A stretch of DNA of 57,752 nucleotides, the filler included, from Basidioascus undulatus (lineage: Eukaryota): NCBI GenBank assembly GCA_000826855.1. It is 5 parts of 5 records of this genome, joined end to end, with 100 filler letters (N's around TTAATTAATTAA, not from the genome) between each part and the next. Parts side by side here need not be neighbours in the genome. Positions count along the whole stretch, not along the records: positions 23,168 to 34,637 come from JTLS01001003.1; positions 34,738 to 46,197 come from JTLS01001004.1; 3 more parts are not named here. The stretch is one strand, 5' to 3'. Each line of letters opens with the position of its first letter. Position 1 is the stretch's first letter. Shown here in pieces: positions 26,990 through 38,689 of the stretch. The translations under genes and the position numbers were made by a program. The notes beneath the pieces were generated by a model, which worked only from the letters and a program-made list of their open reading frames with translations, was not told the DNA's origin and searched no databases.

Positions 26990-27810
26990 GCATCTCCTAT
27001 CTCCTAAAGCTTCGGGTTGAGTTTCCATGCGTCCCGCTCCCGCAAACGGAAACGCGCGGATGGCCTGCGACTGAGACGCGGTGAAGACGGGGCGGCGCGC
27101 GATGTGGCGCCAGAGGATGGCGATGTGCTCGAGGACGTGGGTACGCGACTGGGAGTTTCTCAAGCTCTTTGAAAGACCCGTCCGTCAGCCCGAATTTCCC
27201 ATCGCATTGCGATAAAATAAACCACCGACTCACTTGCCTGGGTCCTTCAGCAGCTCAACCTCCCCCCACCCCACAGCCCCCTCGAACGCAGCGACAGCGT
27301 TCGGTCCCAACTTGACGCACCGCTTCGCCGCCTCGTTGAGCAGGCGGAGGATCTTCCCGCTGGCGTCGATGTCCAGCTGGGAAGCCAGTTCCGCGAGCGC
27401 CGTGCGCGTCTTGAACGTCTCGCTCGCCTGCTCGAGCTCGGCGAGGAGCAGCTTCAGGCATGTGGCGTGCAGGATCGGACGGCCTTTGGGGAGGCAGTCG
27501 ATCTGGCCGGACTTGTACCCCGCGGTTCAATAGGCTTTAGCTGGACGTTAGACGTGTCCTTGGAGAGGGGGTGCTGAAGGAGGAACGACATGATGTTCAG
27601 CGTCATGCCCCCGTCGTCGGGCGACTTCCAGCAGAAGATGCCGTCGTCAACAGGAAGGACCTCGTTCAGGACGTCCTTCAAGCTGCAGTTGATGTATGTG
27701 GCGCTGGACAGGTGCGCAAGGCGGCGGGCGTGAGGGCAGGCGGCGGCCGCGGGCTGCTAGCATGGAGGAACGGGGCGCGGCGAAAGAGGCAGGTGTAGGA
27801 TGACATGGGG
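26990..27810 (-). pseudogene. Frameshifted relic of an unidentified gene
   Basis: GC3-rich protein-like stretches in alternating frames (LKDVLNEVLPVDDGIFCW; GYKSGQIDCLP; LKLLLAELEQASETFKTRTALAELASQLD) and an intron-like GTGAGT..GCTGAC..AAG. Confidence 0.45.
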
Positions 27811-30475
27811 CTGTGCGGTTTCGTTGAGTTTTTGGAGATGAATTTCGCGGTAAGGCGTGAAAGGCGGTCCTTTTGAGGTCGATGTGGTAAAGGTCGGAAG
27901 TGAAGCATCTGCTTGAGATTCACGAGCCGTTTCCACAACCCAGCCTGTGTGTGGCCGACGCGGGATCCGCGGAACAGCCCGTCTTGGACTCTAACTTTAG
28001 GGAACAGCTTTGACGAAGAATTTCGGAAGTTTCGAGTTTCACTCAATTCCGAACTGGCCTGGGGCGCGGCATTTGTAGTTGCAGCATTGCACCCTTAATG
28101 TGAGTTGCGAAAGTCGGCACTGGCAGCGCGAGAATGCTGGACACACCGCACCCCGCCCTGAGCAGTGACCCATGGACCTCGCGCTGGTCGTGTGGAGAAG
28201 CAATATATGTCTCATTCCCCGTAGGTATCCTTCCGGACAGTCCTGCAGCGCCTTCGCTATCTGCCTCGCCGTTTGATCAAGGTCCTTCCACTCTTCCCGA
28301 GTGCTTAGGTGCCCCAAATTATTGCAGTTCCGAATCGATTGAAAGGGCGAACTAATACGTCAAGCTCAAGCTTCTTAAACAGGTTTCAGCGTGCTTCAGC
28401 CGTGCAAGGCACTGCGAACAGTCAAGCGTATACACTGGCTTCAACGCTTGCCTTGTACGGTCACTCCTGGCTTCGATCCTCAAATATGGATACCAGATTT
28501 CCGGCAAAAACTGTCACTTCTGTTATAATGGCACTGCAGCAGCCAAAAGCGTGGTGGAGAAGGGGTAACTCGCCGACAGACTTTCGTTCCCTTGCCGCCA
28601 TCTTGCGGTTCAAGCAACGAAGTAACTGCAGCCACTTTTAGTGCCCGCATTTTATGGCTCAATTTACAGTGGGCTAAAGTAATGCCTGAAGCTTGCACAC
28701 TGTGTACTCCATACAGCACCGAATCTGGCACAGCCTGGTCTTTCAGGCCATTGCAGACGGTCGTAGTACGGCTGGTGCAGGCCACGCGGTTGTTTGACAG
28801 TGCTTCCGGCAAATACATGTTTGTAAAGTGGAGCCCGGGCGACGATTCGGTGCAACGGACACAGTGCTCGAACAAAGGGCAGCATTCATTGACGAGCCCG
28901 ACTACTGTCCATGCACGTCCGTCGGCTGTGCCACTATCACTTGCCGACACCCCGATGTTGAATTGTCCATTATTCCTGGACCTTTGGGACAGGTCTTCAG
29001 AGTCGACTTAGCACCACCAGTCCAACTTGTGCTCTTGAACCTGCCGTTGGAGTTGCTTCATGAATTACCCGGAAGACTCGGGCCGCCCGCAGTAGCTTAC
29101 CTCGGCTCTTACCCTACTTATCCATTGTACGAGGTCCCATTCTGTAAGTGCAATCAGAGAGCATTTTTCCATCTTCACCTATTCGTGGCAGAGCGAAGGT
29201 ACTGTAAGTGTGACGAAAGAGAACTGGAGGGACAGTTGCCCCTTACGGTGGCCGCCCGCAGGGCTTGGACTCCTCGCTTGATGCGTTGTGCCTCGTCTCG
29301 GACAACAGCGTCAAGCTACGGGCCGGCTCAGGGATTGGGAATGCAAGAAAAAACGTTCCGAACATAGTCCTCTCAATCTATGGATGAATCTGTTCGGTTG
29401 TGAAGAGCGCTTAGTGCGAAATGGAGTGCGTGGCTGGCGACCAAGCCTACACATGCCAGCCTCAATAACCGTCAGGCCCAGATTTTAGCAACTCGTATAG
29501 GCTATGTCTTTTTACTCCAGGAGAGCGGGGCTGTGGCTGAAGGGCGGCAGGTTCCGATTTTCTTCACATGAGAACTTGCCTAATGAAAAGATGTCTGGTA
29601 TTCCCAGCGTGCTGTACGTTTGCCTACCAGGTCAAGCGAGCCCGATACACCGTGAGAGTTTGTGGTACTGCCTGACACCTGACAACTGTTCCAGAGCGGT
29701 GGAAGTACTGTTCTACTGGACCATGAACCCAAAGAAGAAATATTTCTATTACATGACAAAACCCCAAGGAAGGCAAGGTTGTATTGGTAGTGAGGCGTTG
29801 ACACTGCAACATTGCGTTGCCGAAGCCACCAAGATCTGCCTTCGCCAGTCCACAGCCCTCAACTCTAGCAGCATAATTTATCAGGAATTTTTCAGGTTTC
29901 TTCCTCTATAAAACCTCAGACTTCAGAACATCATGAAGGAAAACGAGGGGAAGCGGGTTCAAAGGAGTGGACGTTTCGACTGCGAGTGTTAGAAACGAGA
30001 GTGGTGGCGGACGGGATGAAAGAGGAGACTCGCCGCAGACAACGACGTGAGGCCGAAAGTCATCGACGGCAGCTCGGCATGGGCGTGAATGTATTTCAGG
30101 CACGACAGGCACAGCCCGTCGACAGTCATGAGTGCCGCGTGGGCTTCGATGGAATAATTAGCTAGATGCGAGGGCCGTGCTTTCCACCTCTGTTAACCGG
30201 CATTCAAAGTCTTTGGACTATGCTCTGTTGAATATTTGTGCCACAAACAAGTTGGTACTCAGAGGTTAGAGTAAGATACTCGAAAGTGCGCAAAAAGAGA
30301 AGGCAAGGTAGAAGGACGACTGCAAAAAAGTAAAAACAGCTTAAACCGGCTTCAACTTGGCCTGTTGGCCATGGATGGTCCGCGGATGAAAACGGCCTTC
30401 TCGCTCGACCTCAACGGTCAACATTAATCTGTTGGCTTCACACTCTTGTCCATCAGCCGCATTATCTTGATGACA

Positions 30476-31499
30476 ATGTTCCCATCAACTGCATCGCCGT
30501 TGACATCGGGCAGTGCAGCTGCCCGCACAGTCGCGGCCCTGCCGGCCCACATCCAGCCGACTCCCTCGTCCTCCTCGTCTTCACTCCTCGCGTTCACCCA
30601 CGTTCTCTCGCGCCTCAAGACCCAGAAGCGCACGGGCTGGGTACGCTCCGGCGTCGCCGGTCCAGAAAGCATCGCGGACCACATGTACCGCATGGGCGTG
30701 CTCGCCATGCTTGTCCCGCCCGAGGAGGGCTTCGATGTCGGCAGGTGTGTCCGCGAGAACCGGGTGGGAGGATGGCGCAGGCGTGGTTCTCAAGCGAGAT
30801 CTGTGTGGCAGGGCAGTTCAGATGGCGCTGGTGCATGACATAGCGGAGGCGGTGTAAGTGCACTTCTTGCTTAATCGATCGAATGTGGGCGCTCAAATGG
30901 GAGGCGGGCAGGTAGGGTGGGCGACATCGCGCCGTCCGACAATGTGCCCAAAGCGGAGAAGCAAAGGCTTGAAGCTGTGCGCATACAACTTTTTTACCTT
31001 CCACACACGAGCGGAACATTGACATTGCTCGGGCTCTGCAGGAAGCGATGGACGCGTTCGTCAAGGAGTATCTGCACGACAGTCCAGAGGCTCGGTGCAT
31101 GGAGGAGCTGTGGGAGGTGCGTTCCTGCGGCAACTGTTCCAGGGGTTTTAGCTGACAGAACAAGGTCCATTTGTTCGCCTAGGAATACGAGGCGCAGTCC
31201 ACCCCGACGGCGCGCCTCATCAAGGATCTCGACCGATTCGAGATGTGCCTGCAAGTGCTCGAGTATGAGCGCTGTATGTCTCCTTTTCCCTGCTTTGTTT
31301 CGCATTCCTTCCCCGCGCTCATAATACTGGTGCTGCCAATCACACAGCCGACAACTTGGACCTCTCGCAGTTCTACACTGCGCTCGAGGGCGTGCGGCAT
31401 CCCGCTGTGCGGCATTGGGGCGAGTGCTTGCTGGAGGAGCGGAAAGCTTTCCTGGTTCAGAAGACTGGGGAGGTAGAGAGTACGGAAGAACAGAGGTAG
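30476..31499 (+). CDS. HDDC2: HD-domain 5'-deoxynucleotidase (HDDC2/YGK1 family), 6 exons
   Basis: LKTQKRTGWV..PESIADHMYRM; MALVHDIAEAV|VGDIAP; EYEAQSTPTARLIKDLDRFEM. Confidence 0.95.
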
Positions 31500-32137
31500 A
31501 GATAGCTGTTGGGATGTCCCATCTAACCGGGAAAGCGCGCCATTAAAGTGCTTTTTGCCTGACGAAGGTCGGCCCATCCGGACGTCCTCGTTGACAGTCA
31601 CCACAGGAACGCCTGTCTCTGTTCTGTTCTTTATGACCCTGACACGCTAATATAACTTGCTCGTTCTCAATTTCCCATCGATCGAATGCCAGTTACGTAC
31701 TTGTGTCGCCAACCTGGCAATCTCGATCGCCCGTTCGCTCTTCCCGTCGCTTGTCCCCGTCAAATTTGCATTTCATCTAAGCTCATTGGACAATGAATTT
31801 ATCGATTTACAGCGCTGGTGATCCTTTCGACAGCAAGAGGCCGCCATCGCGTCACCAAGCTGTTCATGGCCGCAGATCTTGATCTTGAGCATATGAGATG
31901 CTGGTTCGTATATGTCGATCGTGCCTCGCAGCGACGCCCTTCTTTCGACTGTCCCTTTTCCGTGACAACCAGGACATGGAATAGCACACAATCATCTCGA
32001 TAATTGATTCTGGTTCATTCGCGAGGTCAGCCGACCGACACGCGAAATCTACGTTCTCGCCTTGCGCTGGTGCGATCAGTCCATTGCAGAACATCTCTCC
32101 CCGCATGGAGCAGCACGTCCCATCTCGTGGTCGATCC

Positions 32138-33276
32138 TCACAGCCCGGCCCTTGCTACACCCACCCCGCCGCCGCTCAGAAGCTTCTCCACGGCCCTATC
32201 CAGTAGGATTCGGATTGCAAGCGTCAGCAAGACCGAGGTGACAACGAAAAAGATCAGACCACGCACTCTATCGTCGGGCCCTTCTCCTCTTTCACTAGCC
32301 CCGCGAAGGCTTTGAACCGCGGGTCGGAAGCGTCACCTTCCCCAGCGGCGCTTGCGATTCAGCGGGAGTGCACGAGACGGCGGGGAACACAAAGCGCACC
32401 GAGATACTGGTAGAGGAAGGCATCGGACGTAGTGATCACTGCGCCGGCTTGCCGCAACCGCTGTGACAACCCCCCCCTCGCATTAGAATAAACGCACGGA
32501 GCGCACGATAGAGAGGAACCGCTGGGAGTGCGGACCTCCAACGCGAGCGGGACCTCGGCGCGGTTGCAGCTCGACACGCCGTCCGCCAACATGTGGACGT
32601 CCACGCCGCGCTCGAGGAGGTCGAGCGCGGTTTGAAGGACACAGATGTGGGACTATGGGCGGGTGTCGTGGGCACATTTCAGGTCCAGTCAGGAGAATGG
32701 CTGATAGCATGAGTGTAGCCGACGCACCTCAATACCGAGCAGTGCGACGCTCTTGATACCGTTTTGTTTGAGCGCCTGCTCGGCTTCTGGGGTGACCATT
32801 GAGAACTGGAATGCAGATAGAGCGACTCAGAGACTAGGAGCGGAGGTGAAAAGCAGGAGACCGAGGCTCACCTTCTTCTTCGCGATCGGCTCAGGCGTCA
32901 ACAGGCGCGGCGCATCGGGCCCGGCCAGTCCTATGGACTCCACAGTTCTTCCCAGTGCTGCCATACATTCTCGACCGAATTAGTATTTGCTTCGCGACCC
33001 CGAAACCCAGAAATCGAAACCGCACCTTTCGGGTTCTGCTCAGTGACGAGCACGGGTACGTCGAGCAACTTGGCAAAGCGAACCATCTTGCGTGTTGTTG
33101 AGACGACAGCATCGAATCCGTAGATGGCTTTGTCTGAGAGTACGTGGACCGGTCAGGAATCAGCAGGGGATTGGAAAAGAGGAGCAGTCTCGGCTCGGAC
33201 TGAAGGCGGTCTGGATGTCGCAGACGAAGAGGGCGGTTGCGCCCGGGAGGACGCGGACGACGCGGGTTGCAGACAT
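32138..33276 (-). CDS. Isochorismatase-domain protein (ISOC1/ISOC2/YcaC-like)
   Basis: TALFVCDIQ; VLVTEQNPK|ALGRTV; FSMV; GIE|SHICVLQTALDLL; LADGVSSCN; DASDPRFK. Confidence 0.93.
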
Positions 33277-34637
33277 TGTTGCTCAGTCCGAATAGACGAG
33301 AAGACGGTAGCGGTAGCGGTGTCGGTATCAGTGCAGAGGGTATCGGTGCAAGAGAGGCAGTCGATAGCAGCGTAGACGTCGCGAACGTCGTAACCCGTTG
33401 TGCCTCCCCGGTCACGTGTCAGTCCGGATCGGAACAACCGATTCCCACGCCCGAGGCAGTCGAGTTGGGATGCAACTATAGCGCTTTGCAGAAAGCTTGC
33501 CGTGCGCGCATCGGCCCGGGAGGAGGTGCATCATCACCCTTCAAGTCCAAGTCCCCGTGGGAATCGCGCCACAGCGCTGCGCGTCCTTGTCGTGTCCTGG
33601 CCTGCTTTCTCCTCTCTAATCACACACTCTATAGCAGCAACACTTCATCTCTCGGGAAACCATTTAATTTATTATTCTTCTCGGAAGGAGAGACGCTTGC
33701 GGCACTCTTGCCTCTCTGCATCCTGTGCACGGTCCTCAACGGGGCCAATCCCAAGTTCATTTCTGTTTGGCATCCTCATCAAGATCAAGCACTGCAACCT
33801 ACTCCGGTCCCCCTGCACACAAATCTCCAAAATCAAGTCCTCGTGCTATCTGGACCGTGCGAAGGAGGACCACTTCAAGCCTTGCACACCGGCCGCCCAC
33901 GGCGCTGTCTTCCTCTTCCTCATTATCCCAAAAACCCTGTGCCGTGCTCGCCAGACTCCCTTACGATGTGGAGGACATGGATGAACCTCTCCAGCTGCTC
34001 ACCTGGTGGACAAAACTTGAGAGCTCTTTTCGATTCCAAGGTCTATAAAGACTGGTTGTATGCTACATATCCTTGACAAGGAGAAGATATTATGTGGACG
34101 CCTCAACTGCAACGTTCAACTTGGGCTGTAGAAAAAGAACTTGTTGAAGTAAGGCCACGCAAGTGCGGCAGGACTGATTCCCCCCTCTAGACCAAGCTAC
34201 AGGGTTGCATAGTTTAACATGAAGCTCTGTGGATATAAGGTAAACCATGCCAAAAAGGACTGCTCTGCCCTGCTCTCGGGCTCAGTTCGGTACTTGTTCT
34301 TCTGTATTTGGCATGCTGCATGCGCCTGAACCCTGAGAAGACTGCATTGAATTATCAAGACTTTTCAGTCTTGATGTTCGCTTGAAAATGGAGACAGCCC
34401 AGGGATGCCATGCTCATACTTCAACAGTTGATGACGGCTAACCGGATTCCATGCACAGGAAAAGAAAAGACTTAGCTTTCCTGATAAATTCTGAGCAGTC
34501 CGTAACCTTTATATAGAGAAACAACAAAAGGATAAAGTCTGGCTGTGGCTGTGGCAACAATTGGTAGTGTCATGAACGTCTTAACAAATATTCAATTCTC
34601 GACAACTGTCAAACCTTGCCACCTCATTTTACGCTCT

Positions 34638-34737
34638 NNNNNNNNNNNNNNNNNNNNNNNNNNNNNNNNNNNNNNNNNNNNTTAATTAATTAANNNNNNN
34701 NNNNNNNNNNNNNNNNNNNNNNNNNNNNNNNNNNNNN
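34638..34737. other. Artificial contig linker
   Basis: N44-TTAATTAATTAA-N44. Confidence 0.99.
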
Positions 34738-35222
34738 TGCGTCGGGTGGGCGGGGGATTTCTCGGCGTCGGCGTCGGAGGAGGGGAAGTAGGGCCCGGAG
34801 GAGCCGAGGCCGATGACTTTTGCGTAGACGGACCCGCGCCGGTTCGCCTGGTCCCAGTAGGCGGGCCACGCGTCGGCCACGGACCGCCCGGACTTGCGAA
34901 TGTCCTTGAAGTACGCCCGGCAGAGGTTCTCGTGCTGCTGGACATCGAGCCAGACTGCGCGCACACCCACCACCTCCTCAGTATGTTGTGTGTGTGGAAA
35001 CGCGACGAGACAGAGAGGGAGGGAAGAGGGAGAGGGATGGCGGAGGGGTAGGGGAAAGGGAGAAGAAGACCCACAGTCCAACGCGTCCTCAGACCCCTCG
35101 CGCTGGAGGAAGAGGTAGAAGCAGAAGAGGTCGACGGGCGGGCGGGTGCGCCGGGAGAGGACCTCGCCGAGCGACGGCATCCGGTTCAGGATTGGCGCGG
35201 ACGAGTGCGCATGGGAGGCCAT
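34738..35222 (-). CDS. RAX1: Bud-site selection / polarity RGS-domain protein Rax1, 5' part only
   Basis: MPSLGEVLSRRTRPPVDLFCFYLFLQREGSEDALD|(F)WLDVQQHENLCRAYFKD is the Rax1 N-terminal signature. Confidence 0.92.
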
Positions 35223-35490
35223 CTTCGCGCGTGAATGAGTGTATTATTCTATGGGTTCGAACTCGAATCGAAATTGTGTAAGTTGTATAAAGAGTGAGCG
35301 TGGTGAGTAAGTACAAGGAAAGTGAGTGCAGTCAATCAACACCACATTCACCGCGCGCGGGCGAAGGCTCCTAACGGTCCGCCCACTCATCTCCGACACG
35401 CGGATTCCCAAACGCCGACAGACTCCCTCCTAGCCCACCCTCAACCCGACCGGCCTTCTCCCTCCACACCGACCACTCACCTTACCCGCA
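35223..35490. promoter_or_regulatory. Bidirectional promoter (268 bp) between RAX1 and NDUFA2
   Basis: Divergent start codons at 35222 and 35491. Confidence 0.55.
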
Positions 35491-36020
35491 ATGTCCGCGT
35501 TCTCCAAGGCCCTCTCCCCCGCCGTCCGCGAGGTCCGTCTCCTCCTCAGCCAGACTGGACCCCAGTCCGAGGGCGCGCGGTGCGTGGCCGTCCCCCATCA
35601 ACACACTACATCTTCACTCTCACTAAAGTCTCCGTGCTGACACACGTCAATGGAACACTCGCAGCGCATTCCTCCAGTCCGCTTACCCCGCGTTCAAGAA
35701 GGTCAACCCCGCCGTGCCCTTCCTTGTGCGCGAGGCGACTGGCGTGCCGGCGCGGGCGTTTGCGCGTTTTGGTGCGTCTTCTCTCGCTCCCCCCTAACCT
35801 CCCGTCCCCCTCCCCTCTCCTCCTTCACCCCTCGTCCTTCTCTTCTCCTCTTCCCCCCTCCCACCCCTTCCCCAATCCCGAAACGTCCTTGGAGAACTTA
35901 ACTGAATCCCGGGAATGCGGCGTACCAGAACGCGGCGTCGAGCGGCACGTCAACCTGGACGGCCTCTCCGAGGGCGAGGTCTCCGCGCGGGTGCTGCAGC
36001 TGCTCGAGAGCAAGGCATGA
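35491..36020 (+). CDS. NDUFA2: NADH:ubiquinone oxidoreductase 10.5 kDa (B8) subunit, 3 exons
   Basis: MSAFSKALSPAVREVRLLLSQTGPQSEGAR|AFLQSAYPAFKKVNPAVPFLVREATGVPARAFARF|ERGVERHVNLDGLS matches the L51/S25/CI-B8 domain. Confidence 0.93.
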
Positions 36021-36989
36021 GCGCGCGAGCATTTTGCGCTTCGGGGGCTTGCTTTGGGGCGGGGAGGTGGTGGGGTGGATTGGGAGGTTAGATGCGACGA
36101 GATGGGGTGGGGGAAGGGAGTGGAAGAGGGGATGGGATGGGACCGATACCAACGCTTGATTTCTTTCTCGCGTGGTCTGGCGGTGGGCGTACTGACCCGG
36201 CGCAGGATCCTTTGACCTCCGTCTTTCTTAGCGCTTTCGAATCAGTCCGGCTCGCTCGGCTCTCTATCGCGTACTGGCGCACATCACTCACCCCCGCACC
36301 TAGGACCCACTCACTTTGGACCCGTCCCACTCCCTCCGCCTCTACATCAGCCCCTCTCATTTCCCGCGCAGCCGCTCCTGCCCAATCCCCCGTCCCCATC
36401 GCCCTCTACCCTCCGTCCTCAGCCTCACCCAATCGCGCTCGGTCGATTCGTTCTTCGCGACATGTTTCGCCCTCAGGCCCTCTTCATCCGCCCCCGGGCC
36501 CAAGCCCCGCGCACTTGATCGAGTTACGACTCACGACTGAAGGCGTTTTCAAGGCAGCGCTGGACCCTCGCTGGAACGCTCCTTCGAACCGAGCCTTCCC
36601 AGGCTTAGTGCACTCGATCGTTTCGGGGGCGTTTCGAGCCAGGGCCGACGCTCGCCCGTACTCACTCTCGCCCGAATTGGGCCCATCCGGCGTTCGCGCA
36701 CTAATTCTTGATCTGCTCACGGCGTCCCGGGGCCGAGCAGAGCGCTTCTCCTGCACCTCCTTCCCACTCTTCTCCGAACTGAGCCCTCCCAGCATGTGCG
36801 CACTCGATCGGCAGCTTCCTAGCCCTCCGCCTCCGCGGTGCAATATCCTGATCCTCAGCTCGTTACTCTCCTTTCGTCTCCTCACCCGCCATCCCTCATT
36901 TCCCATAAAAATAGTGAATTCCGCTTCAAATCGGTCTGACGGCGCTCGAGACAGACCGCGGTAAGGAATGGGGCATGCATCCGATGAAT

Positions 36990-38689
36990 CCGTATGATCC
37001 GAAAAGAAAAGGTAAGAGAGGGCAGGAACCACTTCGCCCACGATCTTCAAGTCGCTCGATCTTGTAAAGGCCAGCTCGTAGCCGACTAAAAGGTTCGTGA
37101 TCTCCATGCCTGAGCTGGGCACCTCCGCATTCAGAATGACCACGCGACCCCATCACGACGGTCAGTATCCCGGCCGCATCATCTTTGATACAGAAGAGGT
37201 GAACCGACTCACAGCAACGTTCTTCTCCGGGTCCACATGGACCGTCGTCAAAACGCCGCACCACCAGTAGCTGTTCCGTCCCCGGCCAGTAGGCAAGCCG
37301 TCCGGGTGGATCATCACCCCGAGGCCGAACTGCTTCGCGATCCCGGGCAGGAGGACCACGCCCTTGTCGCTGCCGAGGCCCTTGCGCGAAGGCTGGACAG
37401 CCATGCTGGGCACGTCCATGCTCACGACCGCCTCCGGGGAGAGCTGCGGGGTGCTCAGGGCGGCGACGGACTCGGGGCTGAGGATCCTGGTGTCAGTGAG
37501 CGCTAAAATGGGGGGGCGTTTCAGCGGGGAAAATTTAAGGGGGCAGTAAGGGGAAGACGCACGATGCTCGCCACCTCTCAGGAGGGTCTGCAGAAGCTGG
37601 GCAAAGTCGGACGCCGTGCCGAAGAAGCCGCCACCGCCGATCTCGGTCGAGATTTTGAGCGGAAGGTACTCCTCGGCCTTATTGAAGGAGCCGTCCGGCA
37701 ATTGCATGTATAAGCCGATAAAACGCGACTGCATGTCCGGCGCGAAGCGGTAGCTGGAATCTAGAGACCCGCATGAGCGAGTTGACGGAAATGAGGGAGT
37801 CGCACTCATAGAGGAAGAAATGCACCCGGTGCTGATCATGTTGAGGGGAGCAAAGATGAACTTCTCGAAATACTGTCCGAGGGTGGTCTTCTTCACCGTA
37901 CCTATCAGACGCCCCACCCAGTCGAGCGCTGATAACCAATTTGAGCCTCAACCCTGCAAAACCATTCCACGGTAATATTCTCAACCCACCTGTACCATAG
38001 ACCCACTTGACTCCCGCTTCCGGTCGGCGCGGCTGCTGGAAGACGCCATGTTTACGTGAAAACAACAAGGCAGGGTCAACTTTCCACCCTTTCCACCCGG
38101 CCGTGTGAGCGAGATGCCGTTCCTCGGACCACGCGAACTTGTGATTCTTGCTGTTCTCCGTAACCAGCGGATGAGAAACGTGTCAAGAACGAGTAGGGCA
38201 TCCCGCTCGAGTGGCTCAGGAGGTGCCGGAGAGTGACCTTCGTCTGGGCGGCCTTGAGGATCGGCTTGCCCAGGCTGTGGGTGAAAGCTCATCAACTTAG
38301 GACGACACTGTGCGAAATGAGATTTGGAAATTGTCTTGTACTCACATCGGGAGCTCGTCAATCTCTGGAAGGTGCTTCCCGACCGGCTCGTCAAGCGTGA
38401 GAAGGTCGGCTTCCACTAGCTGCAACGCTGCGACGGCTGTGACGAGCTTCGTAAGGCTGGCGAACAGAGTCCTACAAAGCAGAGTCAAAGAAATACATCC
38501 TCGTAAGCTATCATTGGTAAACGCCTAAGCCACCCAACGGCTCATGACGCACTTTTCGACGCCGAGCCCAGCCCCAGAGTGCAGGATCTTGCCGGCCCCA
38601 TCAACAGCTATTGTCACCGTCCCGCCAGCGCTTCCGGCTTCGGGTGAATAGGAATTCGAGAGGACGGAGTCAAGGGAATCGAAGGACAT
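36990..38689 (-). pseudogene. Beta-lactamase-fold serine hydrolase (LovD/EstB-like), apparently damaged; 3' end approximate
   Basis: SxxK in FASLTKLVTAVAALQLVE; VTLRHLLSHSSG; KWVYG..LDWVGRLI; GGGGFFGTASDF; SYWWCG..VDPE. Probable frameshifts near 38185 and 37068, and no clear acceptor near 38055. Confidence 0.72.

Noticed and set aside
28300..30100. Several 110-180 aa ORFs as transposon remnants
   Set aside because: No RT, integrase or transposase motifs and no terminal repeats recognised.
32138..32150. Isochorismatase C-terminal AGL as PTS1, or cryptic PTS1 by stop readthrough in other genes
   Set aside because: AGL is non-consensus, and no TGA-CTA readthrough context was seen at the stops I examined.
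33960..34080. DEPLQLLTWWTK as a hAT transposase dimerisation domain
   Set aside because: No following motifs or terminal inverted repeats could be identified.
35253..35265. GGTTCGAACTC B-box or tRNA T-arm
   Set aside because: No cloverleaf or A-box; it lies in the RAX1 leader.
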